Assembly (NCBI GenBank): GCA_951406725.2
Contig: OX597814.1
Span: forward strand, 139,252,001-139,316,000
DNA length: 64,000 nt
From: Octopus vulgaris
Taxonomy: Eukaryota
Direction: 5' to 3'
Below are positions 35,871-48,760 of this stretch, piece by piece. The notes under the pieces were generated by a model. The model was given only the letters and a program-made list of their open reading frames with translations, was not told the DNA's origin and did not search any database. Numbering within the stretch: position 1 is the stretch's first letter; each line of letters begins with the position of its first letter. A program made the translations under genes and the position numbers.

Positions 35871-35942
35871 ACACATATATATTTTGTCGTATACATACAT
35901 ATATACATATATATATATACATACATACTTATACATATATAT

Positions 35943-35975
<33 letters not shown>

Positions 35976-36122
35976 CATACATAAATATATATATACATAC
36001 ATATACATACATAAATATATATATATACATACATATATATATATATATATACATATATATATACATACATACATATATATATATACATATACATACATAA
36101 ATATATATATATATGCATGCAT

Positions 36123-36195
<73 letters not shown>

Positions 36196-36260
36196 TTTAT
36201 ATATTATATATTATATATGTGTATGAACAAATATTTATACATATATTTATATTTATATAT
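35871..36260. repeat. (TA)n/(TACA)n microsatellite
   Basis: Direct reading. Confidence 0.95.
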
Positions 36261-36952
36261 CTTCTTCATGCTTTGAGTTCTACTTACAAACCTATCAACA
36301 AGCCTATACATATATAAATATTTATACGTGTGGTGGGGGGAGAGGGACAGAGAGTGAAAGTGAGGAGAGACAAAGATATATACACACACATATACACACA
36401 CTGTTACTAATGTTACTACCACTACTATATTATTTTTACCTTTCTCCTGTTCTGACTATCTTATCTAATGTGAATCTGCCTTCCAGCTCTTTATATCTTC
36501 ACAAAATATATTTGTCTTTGTAATTTCAGACATCTTTATATCTTCGTGTGTTAATATCTTCATATATCATCCTATCATAAATATCTTTATATAGTGTAAA
36601 TATTAGCGTTTTTAATAAAACTTTGCTTATCTTTGATCCAGTAATTCAAAAAATCTTATCTACAAATACGATAGAAATTAACAAGCTTTCTTTTTATATT
36701 TTCTAAACGCAATATTTCATTAATTAGCAGAAGAGTTGTTTTTCATGTTTTTAATTAAATAGGTAGAAGATTCACTAATTAAATATTTTTCATCAACAGT
36801 TTGAATTATTCTTAGAAAATAATAGTTGTAAAACGTTCAGTTTAATGGTCCTACCTAAGATGGAACCTGCATTCGATCCGCTATAGGCAATAGGCAAAAA
36901 CTTAATATCTGCTTGATAGGCTATCTAACCTGTTTTAATAGAGGATCTAGTC

Positions 36953-37475
36953 ATAAGGCAACGAGCTGGCAGAATCGTTAGTATGCCGGACAAAATGCTT
37001 TGCGACATATTGTCCGTCTTTATGCACTCATTTCAAATTCCGCCGAGGTCGACTTGATTTTTCATCCTTTCGAGGCCGATAAAATAAGTACCACTGGAGT
37101 TGATGTAATCTCCCTACCCACTCACCCGAACTTATTGGCCTTATGCTAAAATTTTAAGCCAATGAAGGATATTGATTTTGTTGGCTTTTGTATTGTTTTA
37201 TTTTTAGGTTGGTAATTATATGCAAATTAGAGATATAACTCTCCATTATATATTTCTTTACTACCCACAAGGGGCTAAACATAGAGGGGACAGACAAAGG
37301 GATTAAGTCGATTACATCGACCCCAGTGCGAAACTGGTACTTAATTTATCGACCCTGAAAGGATGAAAGGCAAAGTCGACCTCGGCGGAATTTGAACTCA
37401 GAACGTAACGGCAGACGAAATACGGCTACGCATTTCGCCCGGCGTGATAACGGTTCTGCCAGCTCGCCGCCTTTA
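36953..37475. mobile_element. Two SINE family B copies in convergent orientation (36953-37165 +, 37250-37475 -)
   Basis: Family head and core on opposite strands. Confidence 0.88.
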
Positions 37476-38284
37476 TAACTTTCCATTATAAGCTGTGGAA
37501 ACATGTCTTTGACAAAATGTTTTGTTGGTTTGCAATGTCAAGCTCAGAGAAATAGTTACTAGGTAGTCCCTTCTTAAGACTAATAATTTCGGTGATGAAC
37601 TCTCCCAGTACCACATGTCGCAACACACGTTTTAAGATTGAGTCAGTAAGTACGTTGAATATTTCTTTAGAAATAATTGACTCATCTGTTATTTTGCGTA
37701 AGTATTGCAGAACATAATATTCCGATCCTCATAGGTAGGGTCGGCCGTGCTCAGTTACAACACTCTTCATCACAGCCTACACTCTCGTGCTGTAGTTACA
37801 CCCTCCTCCAGCGTCCTCCTGGCCCAGTTCTTGACGTCCACCCGACGAAGCGAGAGCAAGGATTCTGGAGGCTGATAACATCACCAAAATATTATAGTCT
37901 TCGTGAGTTTCTAGTCTACATTACTTGCATAACTAGATTACTCAGTTTTGACATTCATTATTTGACAGTTCCGAAATTATAATAAATATATCTATGCCTG
38001 GATAGACACACATAGACATTCTGTGTTAGCAGTCAAATTTTTAACTGGGACGCTTTTCACTGAATATAGAATGAAAACTATTTCTAACTTTAATACAGCT
38101 ATTAGCTGTATTAAACTATTGGTTATTCTTTTCATCACATTCATTAAAGAAAGCATTTCTTCAAGATTGTAATATCTGTCCCAAACTTGAATTCTCCATA
38201 CAAAGATTTCTTGCAAACATGGAAAAAAAGCGAAAAGGTTAACAAAATCTTACACACACACAACCATGTATATATGTATATATA

Positions 38285-38360
<76 letters not shown>

Positions 38361-38460
38361 CCCCCCAAAAAAAATGAAGAACAAACAAGAAAGAAACAAC
38401 GGCGCGAGTACGTGGTACATGTAAAGTATTAGCGGACGCTCAGGGAAGGAAAGAAAGGTA

Positions 38461-38495
38461 GTTTTACGTTTCGAGCAAAGCTCTTCGTCAGAAAC
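38461..38495 (-). ncRNA. Minimal hammerhead ribozyme, canonical C3-G8 core (Penelope pLTR type)
   Basis: GTTT-CTGACGA-A-GAGC-ttt-GCTC-GAAA-CG-TA-AAAC; palindromic ACGT; lies in a (TA)n-flanked island at about 38360-38630. Confidence 0.78.
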
Positions 38496-38825
38496 CGGAG
38501 ACGGAGGAAAGTCCAAGAGAAAAGGGAGACGGAGGAAAATATATATGAATGAGAAAAAGATGAAATTGACGTATAGACATTTATTCAAAGATATTCGAAT
38601 TCACGTAGAGAAATTCCTTGACTGAATAAATACATACATATATATACATATATACATACATCTATATATATTTGTGTGTGTATGGATGTATATGTATGTA
38701 TGTATATATATGTATGTATGTATGTATGTATATACATATATATATGTATGTATTATGTATGTATGTATATATATATATATGTATATATATATGTATGTAT
38801 GTATATATATATATATGTATGTATG

Positions 38826-38859
<34 letters not shown>

Positions 38860-38879
38860 GTGGAACTGTTTAACTCCAA

Positions 38880-39200
38880 ACAGATAAAGCTATAAATGAT
38901 AGCGTGTAAAGCATGCGAATATTGGGCTTAAAAAGTATTTTAGAAATTTTTGGAAATTGCCTGTGGTACTCAAACCCATATCTCCTACGTCAACAAGATA
39001 CAACTTTCAATGGAAAAAAATTTTTGTAAATGGATATGGAAATTCAGATTCTTGCTTTAGTCCAATTGTAGAACACACGTCATGTTTATAGGAAATGCGG
39101 ATCCGAGTTACACGGATAACTTTCGACCCTTTCTATCCAAAGGGGTTTTTAACCCAATGTTTACACGCTGTTATTTTTAGTTTTAACTATTTCGAATTCA
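38880..39200. mobile_element. Old element with imperfect ~45-bp inverted ends
   Basis: taaagctataaatgatagcgtgtaaa..attgggctta is inverted relative to taacccaatgtttacacgctgttatttttagtttta. Confidence 0.45.
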
Positions 39201-39355
39201 ATCGTTAAAAATTAATTATTTCACGTCCTCCCGAAGTTTCTAAATTCTTCTGGCATAAAAATCATATATACGGCAATTCAACTGAGAGAAAATTAAATAA
39301 AAATATGAACAAGGACAACTACTGAACATTACAAATGTATATAAATGATATATAA

Positions 39356-39390
<35 letters not shown>

Positions 39391-39766
39391 TATATATATA
39401 TATCGTAATATATTTCGTGTATTTTTGGATAAAAACAATACTTCATAACAAATTGTGGAGCGAATTGTAGGACATCAGACTTTTTATGTTTGTCGGTATG
39501 CTATTTGTTGGTGTGATGTAGTTATAGTGCGTAATGTTTTTATGTTGATGTGTGTGGTTCATTAATTTCTTTTGCTTGTTTGGTTTTTTATTTTGTTTTG
39601 TTTTATTTTATTTTACGGCCAAATAGTTAATGATTTTATTATTTTTTTGGTTCGTGTTTGGGATAGGATGGGACGGTCTTCTGGCTGATGGTGGGGGTAT
39701 GATTTACATTGTGCTTGTGTGTTCAGTGTTGGGGTGGTGTTTGTAGTGTTGGTGATAATGGGAGTG

Positions 39767-39787
39767 TTGATGATGATGATGATGATA

Positions 39788-39881
<94 letters not shown>

Positions 39882-39970
39882 CGACGACGACGATGATGAT
39901 GATGCTGACGATGACAACGATGACGATGACAACGATGATGACAAGTGTGATAACGATGATGATGTTGATA
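39767..39970. repeat. (GAT)n/(GAC)n microsatellite
   Basis: Direct reading. Confidence 0.96.
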
Positions 39971-40745
39971 GTATTTGTGATGTTGTTGTTGGAAGTAGAG
40001 TTGCTGTTTATATGCACTTCTCCCACCCCCGTCCGTTTGAACCTCCCATCATTTTATTTGTTTGTTTGTTTGTTTGTTCGTTTATTTATTTATTTATTCT
40101 GTTGGGAATTTTTGGTCATTTAGAATCTCCCACGTCACCGTCGCCACATAACATGTCTGAATGGTCCGAATCGAGGAAAGATCTGTCTAGGAAGTGCTTG
40201 TTGTTTTGTTTTGTTTTCCCGTTGTCGTTCTTTTTGTTGTTCGTTGTTGTTGCTGTTGTCGGTGATGTAGTAACACTTGATGGTGATGCATCTTTTGTTG
40301 CTTTCGTTGCTATTGCTCCACAGTTTGTATCGCCGTATTATTATTATTGCTGTTTTCTTTCTTACAGCTGGTGTTGTGGCCACTATTTACTGCGGTTGCA
40401 CATTTCTGGCACGCTTTTCCTGGTTGTTGTTTGTATTGCAATTACTGCTGTTTTCATCGCTGTTGATGATGCGTTGACAGTAGTAGAAGCCTTCTTTTAG
40501 CTGTCACTTTCTGTTGTTGGGAAAGAAATCTTAGAAGTGACCGGTATTGTCTCAATTGTGACATCTAAGTCTTCTACCCTCCACTTCCACCAGCAGTTGC
40601 TGTCCTTCTCTGTTATTTAGGGGATTCTGTCCTGTGTTACAGGTTTCAGCTGGATCAGGATCTCCAACTCCATCTCAACCCAATCTTCCTTTCGTAATCA
40701 TTTTATTTCTAACCACATACTAGGGACCCCGACGCTACACGTGTC

Positions 40746-41212
<467 letters not shown>

Positions 41213-41651
41213 TAGGAAACAAATATTAGAGTAATTGCTTCACATATAAGTGGGACGGTGGAGTGCTTCTGGGCCAGGGTTTCCAAATGAACCTTCGGTT
41301 GAATACAACCATATTAGCATGTACTATAACAAAAATCTTTGTTTCCACAGGCATTTTTCGACCATAATTCAACTAGCTCTGGGGACTTATTTCACTTTAT
41401 ACCTCTTCAAGTTATACACCTCTATACCACCAATCTTCTGTTTGTTTGCTCTAGGAGCTGTTATAATATCATGAGTGCAATTTTTCAAATCAAGAGCTTT
41501 TGCAATACTGACAAATTAGTGACCTTTGTTGTGATTCCACCAGCTGCGGTAGTTACTCTTACTCTTGTTACTACTGTCATTGCTTATTACTGGTGTGGTG
41601 GAAGTGGTTCTATTGCCGCTACTACTGTTTATTACTACAGGATAGCAGTGA

Positions 41652-41721
<70 letters not shown>

Positions 41722-41839
41722 CTATCTCTCGCTGGTGACTTTGTGAGCGACGGCGGCTGTTTTGCTGCTGTTACTATACTTCTTGAGACATCGTCGCTGT
41801 TGCTGCTGTTATTGCTGTCGCTGTTGTTGTTGTTGTCGA

Positions 41840-42045
41840 ATATTGGTTTCAAATTTTGGCACAAGGCCAGCAAGTTCAGTGGGGGAGGCATTCTGTTGAT
41901 TACATCGACCTCAGTGCTCAACTAGTAATTATTTTATTGATCCTGAAAGGATGGCGGAATTTGAACACAGAACGTAAAGACAGACAAAATGACGCTATGC
42001 AGCTTAATCTGCGTGCTAACCATTCTGCCAGTTCGCCGCCTTATG
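41840..42045 (-). mobile_element. SINE family B
   Basis: Reverse of family head and tail. Confidence 0.8.
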
Positions 42046-42280
42046 TTGTTGTTAGTATTGACGCTGCTACTGTTGGTGCTCATTTTTTAGATATAACTTG
42101 TAAAACAAAAACACTTCCAAGATAACTGAGAGGGGAAAGTTTCTGATTAACAGGTCTTCGTCAAATAATACAATAACTGGTACGCCATCGCTTATAAATG
42201 TGTGTGCCTGAGAGAGAGAGAGAGAGTGAGTGAGTGAGTGAGAGACAGGGATGTATTCAAACATTTTATTATTTTATTAA

Positions 42281-42850
42281 TAAGGCGGAGAGCTGACAGA
42301 AACGTTAGCACGCCGGGCGAAATGCTTTGTGGTATTTCGTCTGCCGTTACGTTCTGAGTTCAAATTCTGCCGAGGTCGACTTTGTCTTTCATCCTTTCGG
42401 GGTCGATTAAATAAGTACCAGTTACGCACTGGGTTCGATATAATCGACTTAATCCGTTTGTCTGTCCTTGTTTGTTCCCTCTGTGTTTAGCCCCTTGTGG
42501 GTAGTAAAGAAATAGGTATTTCGTCTGTCTTTACGTTCTGAGTTGAAATTCCGCCAAGGTCAACTTTGCCTTTCATCCTTTCAGGATCGATAAATTAAGT
42601 GCCAGTTACGCACCAGGGTCGATATAATCGACTTAATCCGTTTGTCCCCTCTGTGTGTAGCCCCTTGTGGGCAGTAAAGAAATAGGTATTTCGTCTGTAT
42701 TTACATTCTGAGTTCAAATTCCGCCGAGGTCGACTTTGCCTTTCATCATTTCGGTTTCGATAAATTAAGTACTAGTTGCGTACTGGGGTCGATCTAATCG
42801 ACTGGCCCCTTCCCCAAAATTTTGGGCCTTGTACCTAGAGTAGAAAAGAT
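42281..42850 (+). mobile_element. SINE family B trimer (one headed unit plus two headless units)
   Basis: Units joined by gtaaagaaata|ggtatttcgtctg at about 42515 and 42684. Confidence 0.9.
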
Positions 42851-43502
42851 TATTTTACTAATAAAACCGTTACTTATTCATGAACTATGTATGTATGTGT
42901 ATGCGCGCGCAGGAGTAGGTAGGTGTATGTGTGTGCGTGTTAACGAACTATTCTTTTACTAACGATCAGCGTATTTTGCGTACGTTCCACAACTATAAAA
43001 TGTTTGCAAGACTATCGTTTGGACTTCATGAGTTTTTATTTGACCATAAAACACAATGTCGTGAAAATTACCATAAAAATTTATTGCATTTCTGACATTT
43101 CATAGTAAGTTTCTGTTGCTGACTTGTGATACTTCGTTATGTTCATTAACATATGTCCCCACAATTTCGATTTAATCAATCATATGAGTAAAAGTTTATA
43201 GAGGTCATTAAGGTTTACTCATGTTAATTGGAAAATGTAAATAGCCAAAATAATCATAAGCAAACTACGGCTCGTGGGAATTTCTGAATAGCAGGCTAAC
43301 AGAAAATTACCTTAAATTTTTTTAGAAGTACGACCCTACTGATGGTAAGCTATGTCTCATGAAGCCTGCTTCTTGGAAAAGTTTGCTCGTATCTGATCTA
43401 AAACAATCAATATCACTTTTAATTCATTATGGAAAGGATGGTGAACTCCTTTCTCAAAAATACCCGATTGTGTCAACAACGATAATAACGATTAGATGTA
43501 TA

Positions 43503-43715
43503 TTGGTTTCAAATTTCAGCGCAAGGCCAGTAGTATCGGGGGAATGGTTAAGTGGATTACATCAATCCCTGTGCTCAACTGGTACTTATTTTATCGACCC
43601 CGAAACGATACAAAGCAAAGTCGACCTCGGCGGAATTTGAACTCAGGACGAAAAAACGGACGAAATGTCGCTAAGCATTTTGCCCGGTATGCTAACAATT
43701 CTGCCAGCTCGTCAC
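43503..43715 (-). mobile_element. SINE family B
   Basis: ttatcgaccccgaa..gcaaagtcgacctcggcggaatttgaactc. Confidence 0.85.
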
Positions 43716-44224
43716 TAACTATTAAATATACATTGGCTCCAGAATTGCTGGTAGCGTATTAAATAATATTTATAATTTTAACGCAAGATCTCAAAATGAG
43801 GGTGAAAGGAGAATAGAGTGTCTCAGCGATGAAAGGTGGAATTCTTTAAATTATTTACTGTTCCTGGTTTAACCCCTAAAGACTCTCTAGTTCTCATATG
43901 ATGCATACAGTTTTGTAGTTTTTGCCACTTCTTGGTAGGGATAACTTTGTGTGAGTAAAAGTAGAGAAAGCCTATGTGGAGATGGCAATTGTATATGGAA
44001 GTAGGTAGGCAGAATGGTATGAGGGTAAGAAAATGTTTCGAGGGGAGTTTCTGAAAAGCTAATCTAATATTTAGTCTATCTGCAAAAGCCTTTGTAACCA
44101 GAAGAGGAGTATTTGTACCCCGAAGGAATCTGCTGACTGGAACACCGTCCAGATAGGGAAGACCAGAGGCGAAAAGAAAAGAAGGTAATGAGAATACTCA
44201 AGAGAGTTTAAGTGATCTTTCTCT

Positions 44225-44510
44225 TTTATGTTTTATCTTTTACTGTTGGATTACAGCCATGCTGGAGCACTGCCTCGAAGGGTTTTAATCGAATAAATTG
44301 AGCCAATATTTATTATTTAAGTCTGCTATCGATCTCTTTTACCAAACCACTAAATTACGGGGGTAGAAACAAACCGACACCGGTCGTCAAACGTTGGTGT
44401 GGGTAAAAAGGCGAAACAAGGACTCGGGCTTCGACACAGTTTCTGCCTACCAAATTCACCCACAAGGCATTTGTTTGCTCAGGGCTATACAAGAAACCTT
44501 TGCCCAGGGT
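44225..44510 (-). mobile_element. SINE family A, decayed
   Basis: gccatgctggagcac; ctaccaaattcacccacaagg. Confidence 0.65.
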
Positions 44511-44885
44511 GCAGCGGGTTTTTATAATTCATGGGTAACATGCTTACTTTTATATTTCTGTTTTTCTTCTCTCTCTCTGTCTCTTTCTTTCTTTCTCTTT
44601 CTTTCTCTCAAGCCCCACGACATTCCAACCGTCTATTCGACTTCTCCATAAGCAAAGTTTCATCTTTAGTGTATCACATTTTCCCATAGGAATTAATATT
44701 CAATTAGATTTCTCTTGACACACACGCGATATCCACCATTCCACACACACTTTAACACCAGCCGAACTTAGTACCTACTTGCTCATACATACTATAGCTG
44801 TCTTCACACAAGTTTCCTCTGCGTTCAGTACTACCTACTCATTTCTTTCTCTTTCCCTATAATTCCCTCGCTTCCTTTCTTCCCC

Positions 44886-44987
<102 letters not shown>

Positions 44988-45211
44988 TACCTAACCATGT
45001 GTACAAGCTACTGTCGACTCTACCTGCCTCACTCAACAGTGTATTCCAATATGCATTACCAACAGCCACACACAACCTATTGCGTGTTTCCCTATCAGAA
45101 AATACGCACACGTATCCCAGTCCATTTCCATTCCACCATTATTAACGATGATCGCTCGATAGCGCTCATAAACAATTTTTTGTTTTGTATCTCTCAGTTT
45201 TGTGTTGTTTA

Positions 45212-45245
45212 TCTTGACAAAGGGCTTTATGCTCGAAACATTGAA
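45212..45245 (+). ncRNA. Decayed U3-A8 hammerhead motif
   Basis: TC-TTGACAA-A-GGGC-tttat-GCTC-GAAA-CATT-GA. Confidence 0.4.
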
Positions 45246-46075
45246 GCCCATTCTTTATCACCAAGTTGTAATATACTAACTTTGTACATTTGATTCGTTA
45301 TTTCTTGGCTACAATATTATTTTGAAATTGCTTTCTCTATCGACAGACCAAAACATCAGCTGCTCTGATTCTGTATTATCATTTACGTATCCAGAAAGGG
45401 GTTTTCATTGAGCTGGTTATATAGATCTGCTGACTATAAAACTGTTTTACTATTATTATATTTTTATCAATTTATATTTCAGTAACAATTTCACGTTGTC
45501 ATCTGGATCTTCAAATGTTCCTCATAATATAAACGTATGTATCACTGTCATCAAGATACAAATATTTGTGTTGGAACGAAACTGTAATTACCGATATCAC
45601 AGACATAATATGCAGAATTTCTAAATAGATAGATTGATAAATGGATGGGTATATATGTGCGTGTTTGAGCGTGTGTGTACACATTTGTATGTATGTACGT
45701 ATGTACGTATGTGCGAAAGCATGAATATAACAAGCATGGCCTACATTTCGAAGTAATCATCGACGCGACACAAGCAAACAAAATGGTATATATATAGCTG
45801 ATGTTACTGTTCTTATTATTATTATCATTATTTTTATTAATATTATTAAAATTTTTATTATAGATAGGTAAATATTCATCGGGCATATTTGAACTGTTTC
45901 AGATAATCAATCATTCGCTTGGATCACATGACTCACAAACTGAATACTTACTATATACACACACAAATATGTGCGTGAATGTGTGTGTATGTATGAATGT
46001 GCGTGTGTAAGTAGGTACATATATGCGTGTTAATATAATATACATATATATATATTATGTATGTAGTTGTCGCCA

Positions 46076-46163
<88 letters not shown>

Positions 46164-46194
46164 TATGCATATATATATACATATATGCATATAT

Positions 46195-46595
46195 TCTTTT
46201 ATTCTTTTATTTGTTTCAGTCATTTGACTGTGGCCATGCACCGCCTTCAGTCGATCAAATAGACCCTAGGACATATTCTTTGTAAGCCTAGTACTTATTC
46301 TATCGGCCTCTTTTGCCTAACCGCTAAGTTACGGGGACAAACACAGACGCATAAACAAACACACACACACACACATACACACACATACACACACATACAC
46401 ACACACACATATATATATTTATATATACATATATATATATATACACGACGGGTTTCTTTCAATTTCCGTCTACCAAATCCACTCACAAGGCTTTATTCGG
46501 CCCGAAACTATAGTGGAAGACACTTGCTCAAGGTGCCACGCAGTGTGACTGAACCCGGAACCATGTGGTTCGAAAGCAAGCTACTTACCACATAG
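46195..46595 (-). mobile_element. SINE family A, near full length
   Basis: Reverse complement of head, CORE-like block and tail. Confidence 0.9.
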
Positions 46596-46619
46596 TCACA
46601 TATATATATGTATATATAC

Positions 46620-46683
<64 letters not shown>

Positions 46684-46789
46684 GGTACTCAATAATAAAT
46701 CCTTCTATAAAATAAATATATATATATATATATGTAAAAAAGTTGAAAACGCCACTATATTGGATAAATTTTAATTTTCTTATGAATTT

Positions 46790-46823
46790 TACATGTTTCG
46801 GTTCTTGAAAAAACGAACCTTAT

Positions 46824-46826
<3 letters not shown>
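46790..46826 (-). ncRNA. U3-A8 hammerhead motif truncated at stem I by (TA)n
   Basis: TTGATAA-GGTTC-gttttttcaa-GAACC-GAAA-CATG-TA; palindromic ACATGT. Confidence 0.65.
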
Positions 46827-46867
<41 letters not shown>

Positions 46868-46882
46868 CATATATACATACAA

Positions 46883-46957
<75 letters not shown>

Positions 46958-47815
46958 CATATATACATACAAGTATATATATGCATACGTATATACATAT
47001 ATACATATATGTGTGTGTGTGTGTGTGTGTGTGTATACATACATGTATATGTATACACACATATGCATATATATATGCATACGTGAACATATGCAAAATG
47101 TATGCGAATGTGTTTATTTATGAAATGTTATTTTTAAAGAAATTGTAATAACTGATTTACCATTAAGGTAGAGACAAAGAGAGGACAGACAAAGGGTTCG
47201 GGAGATCGAATGAGATGACAAGATCAAAAATTTATGATGAAATATGAAACCGGATGATGATGATGGAGTGAGGGATGGGTGCGAACCCAGATACAGAGAA
47301 TTTACTTATGACGACACTCAACACTAAACGCAGCGTCATAAATATATTATCGTATTCATTTTAACTATGATTTTAATATAGGCGTATACAATTACATTCG
47401 TGAAAGCTTAATCGTGGAAAGTCCTCTGCAGATAAATACAGCTTATAGATAGATAAGTACTGCTTATAAAACATCCCACAAGGCTACGAGGTTCACAGCT
47501 CAATAAGAACTGCTGTTCTTTTGTTTAAACGGCAAATAAAACATTTGCTGGTATGTGCAAAACTTTGTCACGCTGGAATTAATTGATTTGAGGCGCGGCA
47601 CACTAAGCAGTAATGGTTGTAATATAGGTTGACACTCAAACAAAAAGATTTCCGCAACAAAAACTGCCCATGGAAAGAAATTCTCTTTTTTGACAATGTA
47701 TGAGAAAAACAAACCACTGGGGAATAACTTGCGTCATTAAACCGTACAATATACATAGATGAAATACACAGATATACTTATGTACACATATACATATATA
47801 TTTTGTGTGTGCGCA

Positions 47816-47906
<91 letters not shown>

Positions 47907-47910
47907 GCGC

Positions 47911-47943
<33 letters not shown>

Positions 47944-48219
47944 ATTAAAGGTGCTGAATCTTGGACTCTGTACCGAAAACACATGTTGTTTTGTCTTGTT
48001 TTGATTAATTACTGTCTGGGCTATGAATTTCTCCAATATTTTCTCCACTGTACACTGTGTGTAAATGAATGAATATTGTTCTAATATATCTAGAGTTTTT
48101 GAGGTTACCCGTAAGAAGATATAGTCTTCTATCTTCTGTATATTATGATATGACTCTACGCAAGCATGTAGATGCATATATTCCACTTGATTCCACTTGA
48201 TTCTTTGAATCCAATTCTT

Positions 48220-48760
48220 TGTTCTGTGTTCAAATTCTTCTGATATCGACTTAGTCTTTTATTCTTTCGAGGTCGATAAAATAAGGGCCCAGTCCCTTAT
48301 GTATAATTGACTTTCTCCCTCTCCTCGAAATTGCTGGGCTTGTACCAAAATTAGAAAGAATTGTGTGGTTCGTGCTTAATTTTGAAAACTGGTAGCACCG
48401 TTCGTTATTTTTGCGGACATTATTCAAAGAAATTTCTAGATATATTACAATTAGCCCGAAATATGGCGGCGATATATTCGATTGACATCACATCGTACTA
48501 TTTTGCGCGGGCGCGTGTGTGTCTGTGTGTCTGTCTATTTATCGTTTTGTCTGCAGGCGCACTTTGATTAACTATATTATTAGACCGTCGGACAAAATGT
48601 TATCTTCCGGTTTTTTACATCCTGAGTTCAAATACCACCAACGTCAACTTTACCTTACATCCCTTTGGGGATGATAAAATACCAGACAAGTACTGAGATC
48701 AATTGATTGGTTAACTCTTTTCTGCAAACTTGCTAGGCTTGCGCCTAAGAAATTATTATT
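48220..48760 (+). mobile_element. Two decayed SINE family B copies
   Basis: ttcgaggtcgataaaataag; ctgagttcaaatacc...tttggggatgataaaatacc. Confidence 0.65.

Noticed and set aside
35775-36422. Numerous YI/HT/CV-repeat ORFs here and at 13.4, 23.7, 38.7, 46-47 and 62.7 kb
   Set aside because: Translations of (TA)n, (CA)n and (TG)n microsatellites.
39709-40500. 263-aa poly-Asp ORF
   Set aside because: (GAT)n microsatellite plus low-complexity GTT-rich DNA; no domain.
42281-42850. CRISPR-like or satellite array
   Set aside because: Units are ~170-230-bp SINE bodies without unique spacers, in a eukaryotic context.
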